Shown here: positions 9,275-19,552 of the stretch, one piece after another
Numbering within the stretch: the first letter of the stretch is position 1
How the letters are laid out: every line of letters begins with the position of its first letter
Assembly (NCBI GenBank): GCA_038062675.1
Contig: JBBTWP010000001.1
Span: 122,059 to 186,058, forward strand
Direction: 5' to 3'
Source of the DNA: Patescibacteria group bacterium
GTDB taxonomy: Bacteria > Patescibacteriota > Minisyncoccia > Phycocordibacterales > UBA1550
Length of the DNA stretch: 64,000 nucleotides
Position numbers and translations under genes: made by a program
The notes under the pieces: generated by a model
Told to the model about the DNA's origin: nothing
Databases searched by the model: none
The model's input: the letters and a program-made list of their open reading frames with translations, nothing else

Positions 9275-10635
9275 TATGAATTTTTTTCAAGCAGATTTTG
9301 TGCATATGCAATGCGACGAAGAGTTGTTTCCTTGCCAAGAATCATCGCAAGAGTAAACGGATCGGGTGATTTGTCGCGCCCAGAGAGTGCATAGCGAAGC
9401 GGCCACAAGACACTCCCCCGCCCAACTTCGGTCGCATATTCCCAGAGAGCTCCCTTGATGGTCTCTGTGTTAAAATTACCGTCCGACAATTCTTTGAGCA
9501 GGTCAGTAACCTTACTAAGCCGAGTTACGGCAAGTTTAGAGTCTTTCTCATCCTTCCATAAAAGTCCCTCGGCATCGTACACAGGGTCATTGAAAAAATA
9601 GCCGACCTCTCCCCCATCCGCCAAGAGGAGCACTTCGCCTAGCGTACTGATGCGGTCGAGGATAATCGGTACTATTTTAGCAAAAGTATCGGGGTTGTTT
9701 TCTGCAGAATGGCGTAAGTCTTCGGGGAGGCGAGAAGAAATTTCAGCGTGAAGTTTTTCTAAAGGAAGAAGCTTTAAATATTCTTTGTTCACCCATCGCA
9801 ATTTTTCTTCATTGAAGATTGCCCCGCCTTTTTGAGCTTTTGAAATGTCGAACTGACTGAGGAGATCGTCTTTGGTTAAGATTTCTTGCTCGGTTCCGGG
9901 GTTCCATCCCAAGAGTGCGAGATAATTGAGCACCGCTTCCGGTAAATATCCCCGCTCGCGATATTCTGTGATGGCGAGAGCACCCTTTCGTTTTGAAAGT
10001 TTTGTGCGGTCCGGTGCCAATATGAGCGGAAGGTGTGCGTAGACAGGTTCAGGTGCTCCCAAGGCTCGCTGGATGAGGATTTGGCGTGGGGTGTTCGAGA
10101 TGTGGTCTTCTCCACGAACGACGTGCGTGACACCCATATCAAAATCGTCGGCAACGACAGCAAGATGAAAAAGTGGCGTATCAAGGTCTTTAGCAATAAC
10201 AAAATCTTTGAGGTCGGTAGTGTCGACTTCGATGTCTCCTCGAATAAGGTCTTTAAACGAAACTTTTATGTTTGGATTTTTGAAACGGATGACTTCGCGC
10301 CGACGATCTTTTGCGCCCGAATCTGCTAAAGCCTCTTCTTGTGAGACATACGCAAAACCTTTGTCGATGAGATATTTAAGGTATTTTTTGTGCTCTGGTG
10401 CGCGTTCTGATTGTCGGTGAAATTCATCGTAGTTGAGTCCGAGCCATTTCAAACTGTCGAGAATATTATCTTCATATTCTTTTTTTGAGCGTTCTTTGTC
10501 GGTGTCTTCGATGCGCAAGATAAATTTGCCGTTGTTTTGACGAGCAAAGAGATAGCTAAAAACCGCAGTGCGGTAGTTGCCGGCATGCAGGAGTCCTGTT
10601 GGAGATGGCGCAAATCGAGTGACAATGTTGGTCAT
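9274..10635 (-). CDS. gltX: glutamate--tRNA ligase
   Basis: TRFAPSPTG.LHAG, LRIEDTD, KLSKR. Confidence 0.97.
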   Translation of the reverse strand: MTNIVTRFAPSPTGLLHAGNYRTAVFSYLFARQNNGKFILRIEDTDKERSKKEYEDNILDSLKWLGLNYDEFHRQSERAPEHKKYLKYLIDKGFAYVSQEEALADSGAKDRRREVIRFKNPNIKVSFKDLIRGDIEVDTTDLKDFVIAKDLDTPLFHLAVVADDFDMGVTHVVRGEDHISNTPRQILIQRALGAPEPVYAHLPLILAPDRTKLSKRKGALAITEYRERGYLPEAVLNYLALLGWNPGTEQEILTKDDLLSQFDISKAQKGGAIFNEEKLRWVNKEYLKLLPLEKLHAEISSRLPEDLRHSAENNPDTFAKIVPIILDRISTLGEVLLLADGGEVGYFFNDPVYDAEGLLWKDEKDSKLAVTRLSKVTDLLKELSDGNFNTETIKGALWEYATEVGRGSVLWPLRYALSGRDKSPDPFTLAMILGKETTLRRIAYAQNLLEKNS

Positions 10636-10656
10636 GAAAATTGATTGAATGTTTAA

Positions 10657-11784
10657 TTATCCACGGTGTTGCAACAGCACAGCGACAATCTGATCGGCAA
10701 TTTTTTCTGCGGCGTCTGTTTTTGTAAAAGCGTGCGCGGCGTTACGCATAGCATCACGGGCAGCTGCATCATTCATGATACGGTCAGTTTCCGACAAAAG
10801 AATACTTGCGGTAAGGTTTGCTTCTTCAACAACAACCGCACCACCTGCGCGAGCATACGCAAACGCATTTTTGCGCTGATGATCGCCGTTTGAGTTGGTG
10901 ATAGGGATTAAAATTGCTGGAGTGCCCCATGCAGCGATTTCAAAAATAGCGGATCCGGCACGAGACACAATGAGCGTTGCCGCACGTCCAAGCATGTTCA
11001 TGGTTTCTGTGTTGAGATATCCGTACACACGATAGCGATTTGCATTTGGATTTCCTGAAACAAGTCCGCGCACAACACTCTCCACATCGACCGCGTTTGC
11101 TTCTCCCGCTTGGTGAACAACCTGATATTTCTCGATGAGTTTTTGGCAAAGACTCACAGCTTGGTCGTTGATTCTTTGCGCCCCTTGAGAACCTCCCAAA
11201 ATTAGTAGAAGAGGTATGTTTGGATCAAGTCCGAGTTCTTTCCATACATCTTTTGTGGCAGGCGCGAGAAGTTCTTGGCGGATTGGGTTGCCGGTGAGCG
11301 CTGTTCGGTCCGTGGGGAAATACTCAGCAGCTTCAGGATAGGAAATTGCAACTTTTTGTGCAAATTTTCCCGCCCATGCATTGACGCGTCCGGGGGAACT
11401 ATCGGACTCGTGAATAATGACTGGAATGCGAAAAAAACGCGCGGCAACAAGCACAGGAAAACTCCCCGCTCCTCCTTTGCCGAAAATAATGTCAGGGTAG
11501 AGTGTAAAAATTTGAAAGAATGCTTTAAGTACACCCCATGCTGTTTTGAATAAATCAAAAAAGTTCTGAATCGAAAAATACGTACGACGTTTACCAGTTG
11601 TTACTTTCTTGAACGTGATTTTGTTGTCGTAAAGAAGACGTTCGTCGTACGGCTCGGTCGACATGTAGAAAAACCTCACGTCCGCGATTTTTTCACGTTC
11701 GAGAATCTGATTGAGTTTTTGCGCCACGGCGATAATGGGATAAAAGTGTCCCCCACTGTCGCCTCCGGTAAAAAGAATTTTCAT
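10657..11784 (-). CDS. murG: undecaprenyl-PP-MurNAc-pentapeptide GlcNAc transferase
   Basis: TGGDSGGHFYP, GNPIR, GGSQGA, HQRKNA. Confidence 0.96.
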   Translation of the reverse strand: MKILFTGGDSGGHFYPIIAVAQKLNQILEREKIADVRFFYMSTEPYDERLLYDNKITFKKVTTGKRRTYFSIQNFFDLFKTAWGVLKAFFQIFTLYPDIIFGKGGAGSFPVLVAARFFRIPVIIHESDSSPGRVNAWAGKFAQKVAISYPEAAEYFPTDRTALTGNPIRQELLAPATKDVWKELGLDPNIPLLLILGGSQGAQRINDQAVSLCQKLIEKYQVVHQAGEANAVDVESVVRGLVSGNPNANRYRVYGYLNTETMNMLGRAATLIVSRAGSAIFEIAAWGTPAILIPITNSNGDHQRKNAFAYARAGGAVVVEEANLTASILLSETDRIMNDAAARDAMRNAAHAFTKTDAAEKIADQIVAVLLQHRG

Positions 11785-12878
11785 ATGCGTCGTAATTTAG
11801 AGATATTGAGTAGAATGCCGATTTCGATAAATGCAAAGAGGAGCGCCGTCCCGCCATGGCTCACAAAGACTAAAGGAAGACCGGTTAGCGGAATAACACC
11901 CAACATTGCTGCGATGTTCGCAAATGATTGCGATACTATCAGTATAACAATTCCGACCGCCAAAAGTCCACTAAACATATCTGGTGCTGTGTGGGCTATT
12001 TGGAAGCCGCGAATAGCAAAAAGAAGGAACAAAAGAATGATGACCGAACCGCCGATAAAACCGAATTCTTCTCCGGCAACGGCAAAAATTGAATCCCCCG
12101 TCGGCTCAGGAAGTGAGCTGAATTTTTGAATGCTCTGTCCAAATCCACGCCCCGTAAGACCTCCTGAACCAATGGCGATGAGCGATTTTTGAATTTGATA
12201 GCTTGCTCCGCTCGGGTCGCGGGAAGGATCCATAAATGTGAGAATGCGTTCTTTGACATACGGGCGTGTAAGCGCCAAAACGCCGATGGCGAGCACTGCG
12301 CAGAGGCAAATAATACCAAAGTGGCGCAACCTTGCCCCTGCCGCCACAAGCATTGCGCATGCCGCAGTAAACACTACCGCAAATGTCCCCGTGTCTGGCT
12401 CCAAAAGAAGCAAGATTGCCGGAAATGCGAGCACTCCTGCTGTTATGAGAAAAACATACTTAAGTTCCTTGATGCGTCCTTTAACACTGGGGAGTAGTGC
12501 CGCAAAATACAAAACGGTTGCAAGCTTGAGAGCCTCCGAGGGCTGGAATGAAATTGAACCGATTGAGATCCAACGTTTTGCCCCACCGTGTTCAAAACCT
12601 ACATGAGGTACAAATACGAGCGCAGTGAGGAATATGGATGCGATGAAAATATGGAGCGCGTGCTTGCGCCAAAAATTGATGGGAATTTTTAGCATGACGA
12701 TCATTGCAATGATGCCCAAAAAAAGTCCGAGCACAATTTGGTCAAAGAAAATATCGGTAAATGAAAACCCTTTGCGTGCAAAAAGCCCAAACGAAGCAGA
12801 GGTAAAGACAAAAAGTCCCATTGAAGACAGGAGGACGGCAAGCGTGAGAAGAGGTCGGTCTATTTTTGGTGTCTTCAT
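11781..12878 (-). CDS. ftsW: SEDS peptidoglycan polymerase FtsW
   Basis: GAKRWI, FQPSE.LK, LPEP.GDSIF, TGLPLVFVSHGG; located between mraY and murG. Confidence 0.93.
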   Translation of the reverse strand: MKTPKIDRPLLTLAVLLSSMGLFVFTSASFGLFARKGFSFTDIFFDQIVLGLFLGIIAMIVMLKIPINFWRKHALHIFIASIFLTALVFVPHVGFEHGGAKRWISIGSISFQPSEALKLATVLYFAALLPSVKGRIKELKYVFLITAGVLAFPAILLLLEPDTGTFAVVFTAACAMLVAAGARLRHFGIICLCAVLAIGVLALTRPYVKERILTFMDPSRDPSGASYQIQKSLIAIGSGGLTGRGFGQSIQKFSSLPEPTGDSIFAVAGEEFGFIGGSVIILLFLLFAIRGFQIAHTAPDMFSGLLAVGIVILIVSQSFANIAAMLGVIPLTGLPLVFVSHGGTALLFAFIEIGILLNISKLRRI

Positions 12879-12884
12879 AATGAA

Positions 12885-13940
12885 TTATCCAATAAGGGCA
12901 ACAATCATTCCAACGAGTGCGAATACTACGGAGAGTACCCAATACCTCATGGTAACTTTTGGCGCCGACCAACCCACTGCTTCAAAGTGATGATGCAGTG
13001 GTGCCACTAAAAAAACTTTTTTACCCTTGCGCGTTCTCTTTGAGATTATTTGAATGATGTTCGAAAGTGTCGTTGCAACAAGAGGAAATGCAATAATGGG
13101 TAAAACTAAAACCGCGCCCGTCAAAAATGCAACAACCGTGAGCGACGTCGTGAGTCCAAGCATGCCCGTCTCAGACATGTAAAAGCGTGCAGGCGGAATA
13201 TTAAACCACAAAAATGCGAGGGTTCCTCCGGCGACAACCGCACAAAATACCGCCAAGTCGATTTGAGTTTGAAAAAAAGCGATAACGGCATACGCGGAAA
13301 AGATAGCCGTCATAACTCCCCCCGCCAGTCCATCAATGCCGTCGATAACCCCACCGGAAAAGAGCGCGAGCATGGTAAGCATGAAAAGAGGCACAATCAC
13401 CCAGCCAAGGACGAGGTCGCCTGCAAAGGGAATATGAATACTTGAAACGCCGAGCTTCGCAAAAAACCACCATCCGCCGACGAGCCCAAGAAGAATTACA
13501 ACTCCAATGCGTTTCGTGAGCGCCATCCCTCCTGCAATATATCCCCCACGCTCAAGCACCTGCAAGATATCGTCAGCAAGCCCCACGAGTGCACCTACCA
13601 TGAGGGTAAAAAGTGGAAGCCACGTCTGTTTTCGACTCAAAAAGTTGAGTTTGTCAGTCGTGGTATTTTCAAACAGTCCCGCAATCACGGCAAAAAGTAA
13701 TGTTGTGAGAAGCACGCTCACCCAAATTATAATACCGCCCATGCGCGGAGTGCCAATTTCTTTGTGCTCGTGAAGTTTTGCAAAAATGGGAGTTCCTCCC
13801 CCGCCAAGAGCTTCGGTGCGAACTTTCTTTTTCCAGAGTTTGTGTTTATAGAGAAAGGAGGTCAAGATCGGTGCAAGCATGATGCCGACAAAAAACGCCG
13901 TGGCGGCAGGCAAGAAAACTTTTACAACATCAATAGGCAT
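12885..13940 (-). CDS. mraY: phospho-N-acetylmuramoyl-pentapeptide transferase
   Basis: GTPRMGG, DGIDGLA, FNIPPA, APLHHHFE. Confidence 0.95.
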   Translation of the reverse strand: MPIDVVKVFLPAATAFFVGIMLAPILTSFLYKHKLWKKKVRTEALGGGGTPIFAKLHEHKEIGTPRMGGIIIWVSVLLTTLLFAVIAGLFENTTTDKLNFLSRKQTWLPLFTLMVGALVGLADDILQVLERGGYIAGGMALTKRIGVVILLGLVGGWWFFAKLGVSSIHIPFAGDLVLGWVIVPLFMLTMLALFSGGVIDGIDGLAGGVMTAIFSAYAVIAFFQTQIDLAVFCAVVAGGTLAFLWFNIPPARFYMSETGMLGLTTSLTVVAFLTGAVLVLPIIAFPLVATTLSNIIQIISKRTRKGKKVFLVAPLHHHFEAVGWSAPKVTMRYWVLSVVFALVGMIVALIG

Positions 13941-14006
13941 AGATACTCTCAGTATAGCGGAAAAGCGGCAGGAGGCAAAACTGTGTCATGGGAAGTTTTT
14001 TGGTAC

Positions 14007-14038
14007 AAAAAAGAGCATGGATGCATTCCATGCTCTTT
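14007..14038. terminator. intrinsic terminator
   Basis: AAAGAGCATGGA tgcat TCCATGCTCTTT with A-tract; lies 3' of the 14069..14305 gene. Confidence 0.7.
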
Positions 14039-14068
14039 CACACACAATTTGTAAACAAAGGTAATTTT

Positions 14069-14305
14069 TTAGTCCTCGTAAGTTGATGGGCAAGTACTTG
14101 TATCTTTGAATGTAAACCAAGAATACGCGTTTGCTTTAAAAAAAGACTTATCGACATATTCACACTGTAGTGCGGTCCCCAAAAGACCGAAAAGTACTGA
14201 TTCTACGCGCGATTTCCCTGTCCATGACCATGTTGTCGCAAACGCCGGTGCTGGTAGTAAAATAGCGGATACGATGAGTGCCGCCAAAACCTTCTTCATA
14301 CCCAT
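14069..14305 (-). CDS. small secreted protein with two Cys
   Basis: AAGGAG RBS; signal peptide MGMKKVLAAL...AFA|TT. Confidence 0.7.
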   Translation of the reverse strand: MGMKKVLAALIVSAILLPAPAFATTWSWTGKSRVESVLFGLLGTALQCEYVDKSFFKANAYSWFTFKDTSTCPSTYED

Positions 14306-14387
14306 AAGATATATCTCCTTAAGTATCAACTTGAAGTAGAATGAACCCAATGACCACACTACCGCATCAGCAAAATCTTGTCAACAG

Positions 14388-15368
14388 CTACAGTGTCCCG
14401 CGAACTGCATCCATGAGTGCGCGCATGTCCTCAAAGCGTCCTTTGTAGGTGGAGCCGAGCACTACTGCAACGAAAAAGTGTCCCAATCCCCCATCAAACA
14501 TTATGGCGAGGTTGCCACCAGCAATGGTGGTGTACCCTGTTTTTGAAGCGATAAGTCCGGGTAAATATGAAATAGCCTCATTGGTGTTTGGAAAAGCGTG
14601 CACTGTGCCCCCCTGTGACACAATGCGCGTATGTTTACGCGTCGTTACTTCGAGGGTTGAAGGAAAACCTTTGTGGAGCTTGGTGAAAAGCGCCGCAACT
14701 TCACGCGCAGAACCATAGCCTCCATTTTGTGCGGGGTTTACGTCGAGACCTGTTTCATTAAAGAATTCCGTCTGTGTAAAACCAAGAGTGCGTGACTCTT
14801 CGTTCATGAGGCGCACAAACCGCATGTCTCCCCCCTCAGAACTTTCGGCATTTGCACTCGGGACATTCGAGCCCACAAAAGAAGCAAGAGCATGCGCGGC
14901 GTCGTTGGAAGACATGATGAGCATCATATCCAAGAGATCGCCAACACGAAACTGTTGCCCAATGCGCAGACCGCTATCCCCGTCGGTCTCAAGGTCGTAG
15001 GGGGTGAGCGTGACGATACTGTTTTCTTTTGAATACTTGCGGACAACAAGCGCTGTCATAAGTTTGGTGAGCGACGCAAGGGGAAGTTTTTCGTCTGCAT
15101 TTTTAGCAAAAACAATATGGTCGTTTGTAAGATCAACAACAATCGCCGCACGAGCCTCAATCACGAGCGATGCAAAAGGGTCTGGCATTTCAGGGGTAGG
15201 CATCGCACGAAGAACTTCCGCTGTTTGTGCAGGAATTGTCTTTGCGTTGGTGAGCCCCGCAAAAGAAAGAAACCCTTGGGCAAGCAAGGATAGTAATGCG
15301 CCACCGGCGAGCACAAGGGCGATTGCTCTAAGCCTCGTCGCCGAAAGATTCGTCTTCTTCGTATTCAT
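14388..15368 (-). CDS. D-alanyl-D-alanine carboxypeptidase (S11)
   Basis: ASLTK (SxxK), SSN, KTG motifs; start reassigned to MNTKK. Confidence 0.9.
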   Translation of the reverse strand: MNTKKTNLSATRLRAIALVLAGGALLSLLAQGFLSFAGLTNAKTIPAQTAEVLRAMPTPEMPDPFASLVIEARAAIVVDLTNDHIVFAKNADEKLPLASLTKLMTALVVRKYSKENSIVTLTPYDLETDGDSGLRIGQQFRVGDLLDMMLIMSSNDAAHALASFVGSNVPSANAESSEGGDMRFVRLMNEESRTLGFTQTEFFNETGLDVNPAQNGGYGSAREVAALFTKLHKGFPSTLEVTTRKHTRIVSQGGTVHAFPNTNEAISYLPGLIASKTGYTTIAGGNLAIMFDGGLGHFFVAVVLGSTYKGRFEDMRALMDAVRGTL

Positions 15369-15912
15369 CTTTTTTATTGGTTTCATTAAACTCCTCGACC
15401 GACTTTTGGACACCCTCGTACTCAGGGAGATCTGCCACTTTGGTGACTCCCATGTACGACAGTAGTTCAAATGTTGGCTGATACGCAGTCCCCCGTGTTT
15501 TGTCCTCGACCTTTTCAATGAGCCCGCGCACGAGCAGACTGCGTAAGATATAATTTGAATTTACTCCACGAATGTAGTTTATGGAACTGCGCGAAATAGG
15601 CCCACGATACAGGACAAGCGAAAGTGTTTCAAGTCCGGCCTTGCCAAGCTCTTTTATTGCATCGCCCTTGGTGATTTTTTCAATAGTTGTACTCATGGAC
15701 GAAGTCGTCGCGAGCACTGCTTCATCGCCATTTTGCACCACAAGAACCCCCCGCTGTTGGTCTCTGCACGTTTGCGCGAGCGCCGACACGCCCTCACGAG
15801 CTTCGTCCTCGGAAACCTCAAGGGTTTCAGCGAGAAATTTCACAGAGACAGGCTCTCCTTTGAAAAAAAGAAGTGCCTCAATGCGTGCCGATAAGTTTAA
15901 AGGGTGTTCCAT
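15328..15912 (-). CDS. scpB: SMC-Scp complex subunit ScpB
   Basis: IEALLF..GEP, LETLS.VLY.GPI, IRGVNS; start 7 nt after TGATAAGAT. Confidence 0.93.
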   Translation of the reverse strand: MEHPLNLSARIEALLFFKGEPVSVKFLAETLEVSEDEAREGVSALAQTCRDQQRGVLVVQNGDEAVLATTSSMSTTIEKITKGDAIKELGKAGLETLSLVLYRGPISRSSINYIRGVNSNYILRSLLVRGLIEKVEDKTRGTAYQPTFELLSYMGVTKVADLPEYEGVQKSVEEFNETNKKDEYEEDESFGDEA

Positions 15913-15965
15913 GTTCATTATCTTATCATATTGAACCAAGTTTACGAGTAAGGAGTAAAAGAGCC

Positions 15966-16730
15966 CTATAATTCAAGGAATAAAGCTGCATGATCTGACA
16001 CTTCCTCAGGAAGCACCTTGAAATCCCTAACTTCTATCTCTTTTGTAACAAGTATATAATCAGCATATTTTTCATCCTTTGCATAATAAGATGTTCTTGT
16101 TGAAGTAATCCCATACTTCTTAATTAAATTTTTTAAGCCACTACTTTCGAGCATTTTCATACTCTCAGTCTCAGGAAGAAGGTTAAAATCGCCACAAAGC
16201 ACAAAATCACCGGTGATATTCTTGGTAAATTCTAGAATATTTTTTGACTGAGTTATTCTATCATCAGAATCAGTTTTTCCTTTCCCGTTCCATAAACCGT
16301 GAAAATTAATAATGGTTAATGATTTGCCATCTACTTCGAGACTAACATACTGAATATTACGAGCATGGTTTCCAAGATCACCATCAGGGACATATCCTTT
16401 ATGTTTGTGTACAAACTCTTCTCCTTCTTCCGTAATTACTAAATCTTTTTTTACAAACATTGCAAGGCCATAGTCGTCTAAAAAATGTGGCCGAAAATAT
16501 GAGATATGCTCAGACAACAGCTCTGAAATCTCCTGCATTCCGTACACCATAATTTGTCCGTGATCAATAACCTGACCACCCGCAACACGGCCAGCCAGAT
16601 TCTCGTAAGGTGCTGACCATAGCTCTTGAAGACAAAAAATATCAGTAGTATCTTTATATTTTTGAAAAAATGCAAGGAGTTTTTCCTTCCCTGCTCTTCC
16701 ACCCCAAGTATTAAGCGTAATTATTTTCAT
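15966..16730 (-). CDS. endonuclease/exonuclease/phosphatase family protein
   Basis: TLNTW, FCLQE, GDFN, DYI, SDH motifs. Confidence 0.92.
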   Translation of the reverse strand: MKIITLNTWGGRAGKEKLLAFFQKYKDTTDIFCLQELWSAPYENLAGRVAGGQVIDHGQIMVYGMQEISELLSEHISYFRPHFLDDYGLAMFVKKDLVITEEGEEFVHKHKGYVPDGDLGNHARNIQYVSLEVDGKSLTIINFHGLWNGKGKTDSDDRITQSKNILEFTKNITGDFVLCGDFNLLPETESMKMLESSGLKNLIKKYGITSTRTSYYAKDEKYADYILVTKEIEVRDFKVLPEEVSDHAALFLEL

Positions 16731-16746
16731 ATTTTATTTTAAAATA

Positions 16747-17487
16747 CTACCCCGACATCCCGTAGTGCGGGGTGTCGATTACATGCGTTTCCATGAGAAT
16801 ATCCCCACCATGATGCTCTTGGGTTACTGCGATCACGCCCTGCTTCACGAGCTCAAGCATGGCAAGAAAACTCACAATAATCGTCACCTTTTCTTCTCTC
16901 CCTTTGCCAGAAAAATCATGAAAATTAAGTTTCAAGTTGGAGGTAATGCGTTTGGTTAGGCGGTCCATCATCTCTTCCAGAGAAATAACTTTTCTTACTA
17001 CCACTTTTGGCAAAGATACTTTTTTGGGAAGGCTCATAAGCACGCTTTGTATGGCAGAAAAGATGCCCGACGGAGTGATTTCCCCGCTTGGCGTAAAACG
17101 AACTTCTCGCTTCCGTGATTGCCCTTGCGGGAAAAGTCGCATTGCACCAAACCGTTCACGAACATGCACTGAAAGCTCGCGCACACGCTGGTATTCGCGC
17201 AAACGGTCTTCCAGCTCTTTGATATCCCCTTTTTCCTCCGGAGTGAGCGAAAGTGAAGGAAGCAAAGATTTTGATTTGATAAGTATCAACGTCGAAGCGA
17301 CAATGAGGAAATTTGAAACAAAATCAACGGGAAGTTTTTCAAGCTCGCGCAATCGCGCAATGTAGTCATCGGCAATCTGCGCAAGAGAGATTTCATTGAT
17401 AAAAAGCTTGCGCTTTTCAATAAGGTCAAGTAGGAGCTCGAGCGGACCTTCAAACACCTGTGTTTTTACCTGATAATCAAGAGGCAT
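16747..17487 (-). CDS. scpA: segregation/condensation protein ScpA
   Basis: FEGPLELLL.LI, IKSKSLLP, FLAMLELVK. Confidence 0.95.
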   Translation of the reverse strand: MPLDYQVKTQVFEGPLELLLDLIEKRKLFINEISLAQIADDYIARLRELEKLPVDFVSNFLIVASTLILIKSKSLLPSLSLTPEEKGDIKELEDRLREYQRVRELSVHVRERFGAMRLFPQGQSRKREVRFTPSGEITPSGIFSAIQSVLMSLPKKVSLPKVVVRKVISLEEMMDRLTKRITSNLKLNFHDFSGKGREEKVTIIVSFLAMLELVKQGVIAVTQEHHGGDILMETHVIDTPHYGMSG

Positions 17488-17602
17488 GATAGGTGCATGA
17501 TACCGCGTTTTTGGACTGCGTTCAAGGAAAGTTTTGCCTTGGCTATTTTTATTGGGTGTGGTAATCTGAAGATAGATAGTTAAACTGATTAAGGAGGGTG
17601 TC

Positions 17603-17860
17603 GTGAGACTTCAAAATATGTGCAGTGTCACTGGTGACGAAGACAAGTGTTTTCGTACTCCTTTGAGTGACGCATGCAAAAGTTCGCTAGACAAAGGAGA
17701 GTGTCCAGCGGGGTATAAGGAAGATTCCCCTGCATGCGTTTCATTTTTAGTAAATGAAAAAATCAATGGTGTTGGTCACGAGGAGAGAGCGCTGATAATT
17801 AAAAAAAGGAAGGCAATCATAATCGGTGTTTTTATAAAAAAGGTATTGGCTAAAACATAA
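17603..17860 (+). CDS. small Cys-containing hypothetical protein
   Basis: AAGGAGG RBS, GTG start, terminator directly downstream. Confidence 0.55.
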   Translation: MRLQNMCSVTGDEDKCFRTPLSDACKSSLDKGECPAGYKEDSPACVSFLVNEKINGVGHEERALIIKKRKAIIIGVFIKKVLAKT

Positions 17861-17877
17861 GGGCAAAAATGAACATC

Positions 17878-17909
17878 AAAAAGGTCGCACACGGGCGACC
17901 TTTTCTTTT
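17878..17909. terminator. bidirectional intrinsic terminator
   Basis: AAAAGGTCGC acacgg GCGACCTTTT between convergent genes. Confidence 0.75.
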
Positions 17910-17931
17910 GCATGAAATTTGTAATACCGAG

Positions 17932-19257
17932 TTATTTTGAAAGCAAATTGTCTATGCGGTTCATGTCGCGGGGGAAGAGCGTTGCTTGTTTTACGTTTTC
18001 AAGACCAAGTAGTTTTGCGGTGAGGCGCTCAAGCCCAAGACCAAATCCGCCGTGCGGTGGCATCCCGTACTTAAAAGCCTGTAGGTAAAAGGCAAATTTT
18101 TCAGGATTTAACTTTTTGTTTTCCATTGCAGTTACCAGTTTGTCGTATTGATGAATGCGTTGTGCGAGTGTGGTGATCTCGATACCGCGAAAAAGCAGGT
18201 CCGCACCTTTTGTATAGCCGAGGTCAGCCTCATCCTCGTAGGTGTAAAATGGACGTTTTGATACGGGGAAATGAGTGACAAAGATAAAATCTGAATCCCA
18301 TTTCTTTTTTGCATATTCACACAGAAAGCGCTCATGTGCGGGTTCGAGGTCGGGTTCGCTTGAACAATCAATCCCCTGCTCTGCTTTAATGATTTGTTGC
18401 GCCTCGCGAAGTTTGAGTGCGGGAATTTTTTCAGGCACGCTGGGGATTTCTGCACCCATGAGCGCAAACTCTGCAGAGCATGTTGCTCTGAGTTCTTTCA
18501 TGATATGCGCAAGAATGTCGTTTTCCATCTGCATGATGTCTGTATGGTCCTTGATGAACCCCATTTCAATGTCGAGGCTCGTGTATTCGTTGACGTGTCG
18601 TGTGGTGCTGTGTTTTTCTGCACGGTACACATTGCCGGTAGAAAATACGCGCTCAAAAACACCGACCATGATTTGTTTGTAGAGTTGTGGGCTTTGTGCA
18701 AGGTGTGCGGTGTGTCCAAAATATTCAACATCGAAAGAATTGGCACCACCTTCTGCGTCTTCGCCAATGAGCTTCGGTGCTTGGAATTCAGTGAAACCCT
18801 TCCCTGTCAAAAATGTACGAAAGGCGTTGATGATGGTTGCTTGTACTTTGAAAACAGCACGAGCTTTTTCGTTTCTAAGTGTGAGGGGGAGATTGTCGAG
18901 GTAGGTGTCGAGATTGATATCAGCTGTTTTGTCGAACGGAAGTTCTACGGCTTCACTTAAAATACTTCCACCAAGCATTTCAATTTCAAGATCACCGTTC
19001 AACCCTTCCTTTACCATGCGGTCAGGGCGCTTGTTCACAACTCCTCGCACCTCAATCACCCATTCTGAGCGCACTTTGCTTGCAGTCTCCCCTGCTTCGG
19101 GGTGATTAGGGAGCGCAACCATTTGCACTTTGCCGGTGCGATCACGAAGGTCAAGGAAAATGAGTTTGCCGTGGTCGCGACGAATATCCACCCATCCAGC
19201 GATGGTTACTTCTTTTCCGATGTGGTCTTTCAAGTCTTTGATGTAAATACGTTCCAT
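17932..19257 (-). CDS. aspS: aspartate--tRNA(Asp/Asn) ligase, short non-discriminating type
   Basis: LAQSPQLYKQ, YRAEKH.T.RH.NEY, GMPPHGGFGLGLER; 441 aa, no GAD insertion. Confidence 0.93.
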   Translation of the reverse strand: MERIYIKDLKDHIGKEVTIAGWVDIRRDHGKLIFLDLRDRTGKVQMVALPNHPEAGETASKVRSEWVIEVRGVVNKRPDRMVKEGLNGDLEIEMLGGSILSEAVELPFDKTADINLDTYLDNLPLTLRNEKARAVFKVQATIINAFRTFLTGKGFTEFQAPKLIGEDAEGGANSFDVEYFGHTAHLAQSPQLYKQIMVGVFERVFSTGNVYRAEKHSTTRHVNEYTSLDIEMGFIKDHTDIMQMENDILAHIMKELRATCSAEFALMGAEIPSVPEKIPALKLREAQQIIKAEQGIDCSSEPDLEPAHERFLCEYAKKKWDSDFIFVTHFPVSKRPFYTYEDEADLGYTKGADLLFRGIEITTLAQRIHQYDKLVTAMENKKLNPEKFAFYLQAFKYGMPPHGGFGLGLERLTAKLLGLENVKQATLFPRDMNRIDNLLSK

Positions 19258-19263
19258 AAGTTT

Positions 19264-19539
19264 TTAATGATATAGTTTTTGTTTAAGTTCTTCAAGTGCT
19301 GCTTCGTGGGTATCGCTATTTTCGAGACGGTCAAGGAGATGCGAATCAGGGTCCCGCACAAGTTTGTCGACGCGGTTCCCATTCGCATTTGCCCATTCGG
19401 CAATTTGCTGTTCATTCGAAAGTCCGAGGTTGGACATGATCTCTATTTGCGCAAGTTGCTTTGCGTTGAAGATTCTTTCTTCAAAAATCTTTTCTGCAGC
19501 GGTTATAAACGGCTCTTCTTTTTGTTGTTCCATTCCCAT
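19264..19539 (-). CDS. hypothetical protein
   Basis: Fills the gap between trpS and aspS with operon spacing. Confidence 0.65.
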   Translation of the reverse strand: MGMEQQKEEPFITAAEKIFEERIFNAKQLAQIEIMSNLGLSNEQQIAEWANANGNRVDKLVRDPDSHLLDRLENSDTHEAALEELKQKLYH

Positions 19540-19552
19540 AAAAATAGTTTGA

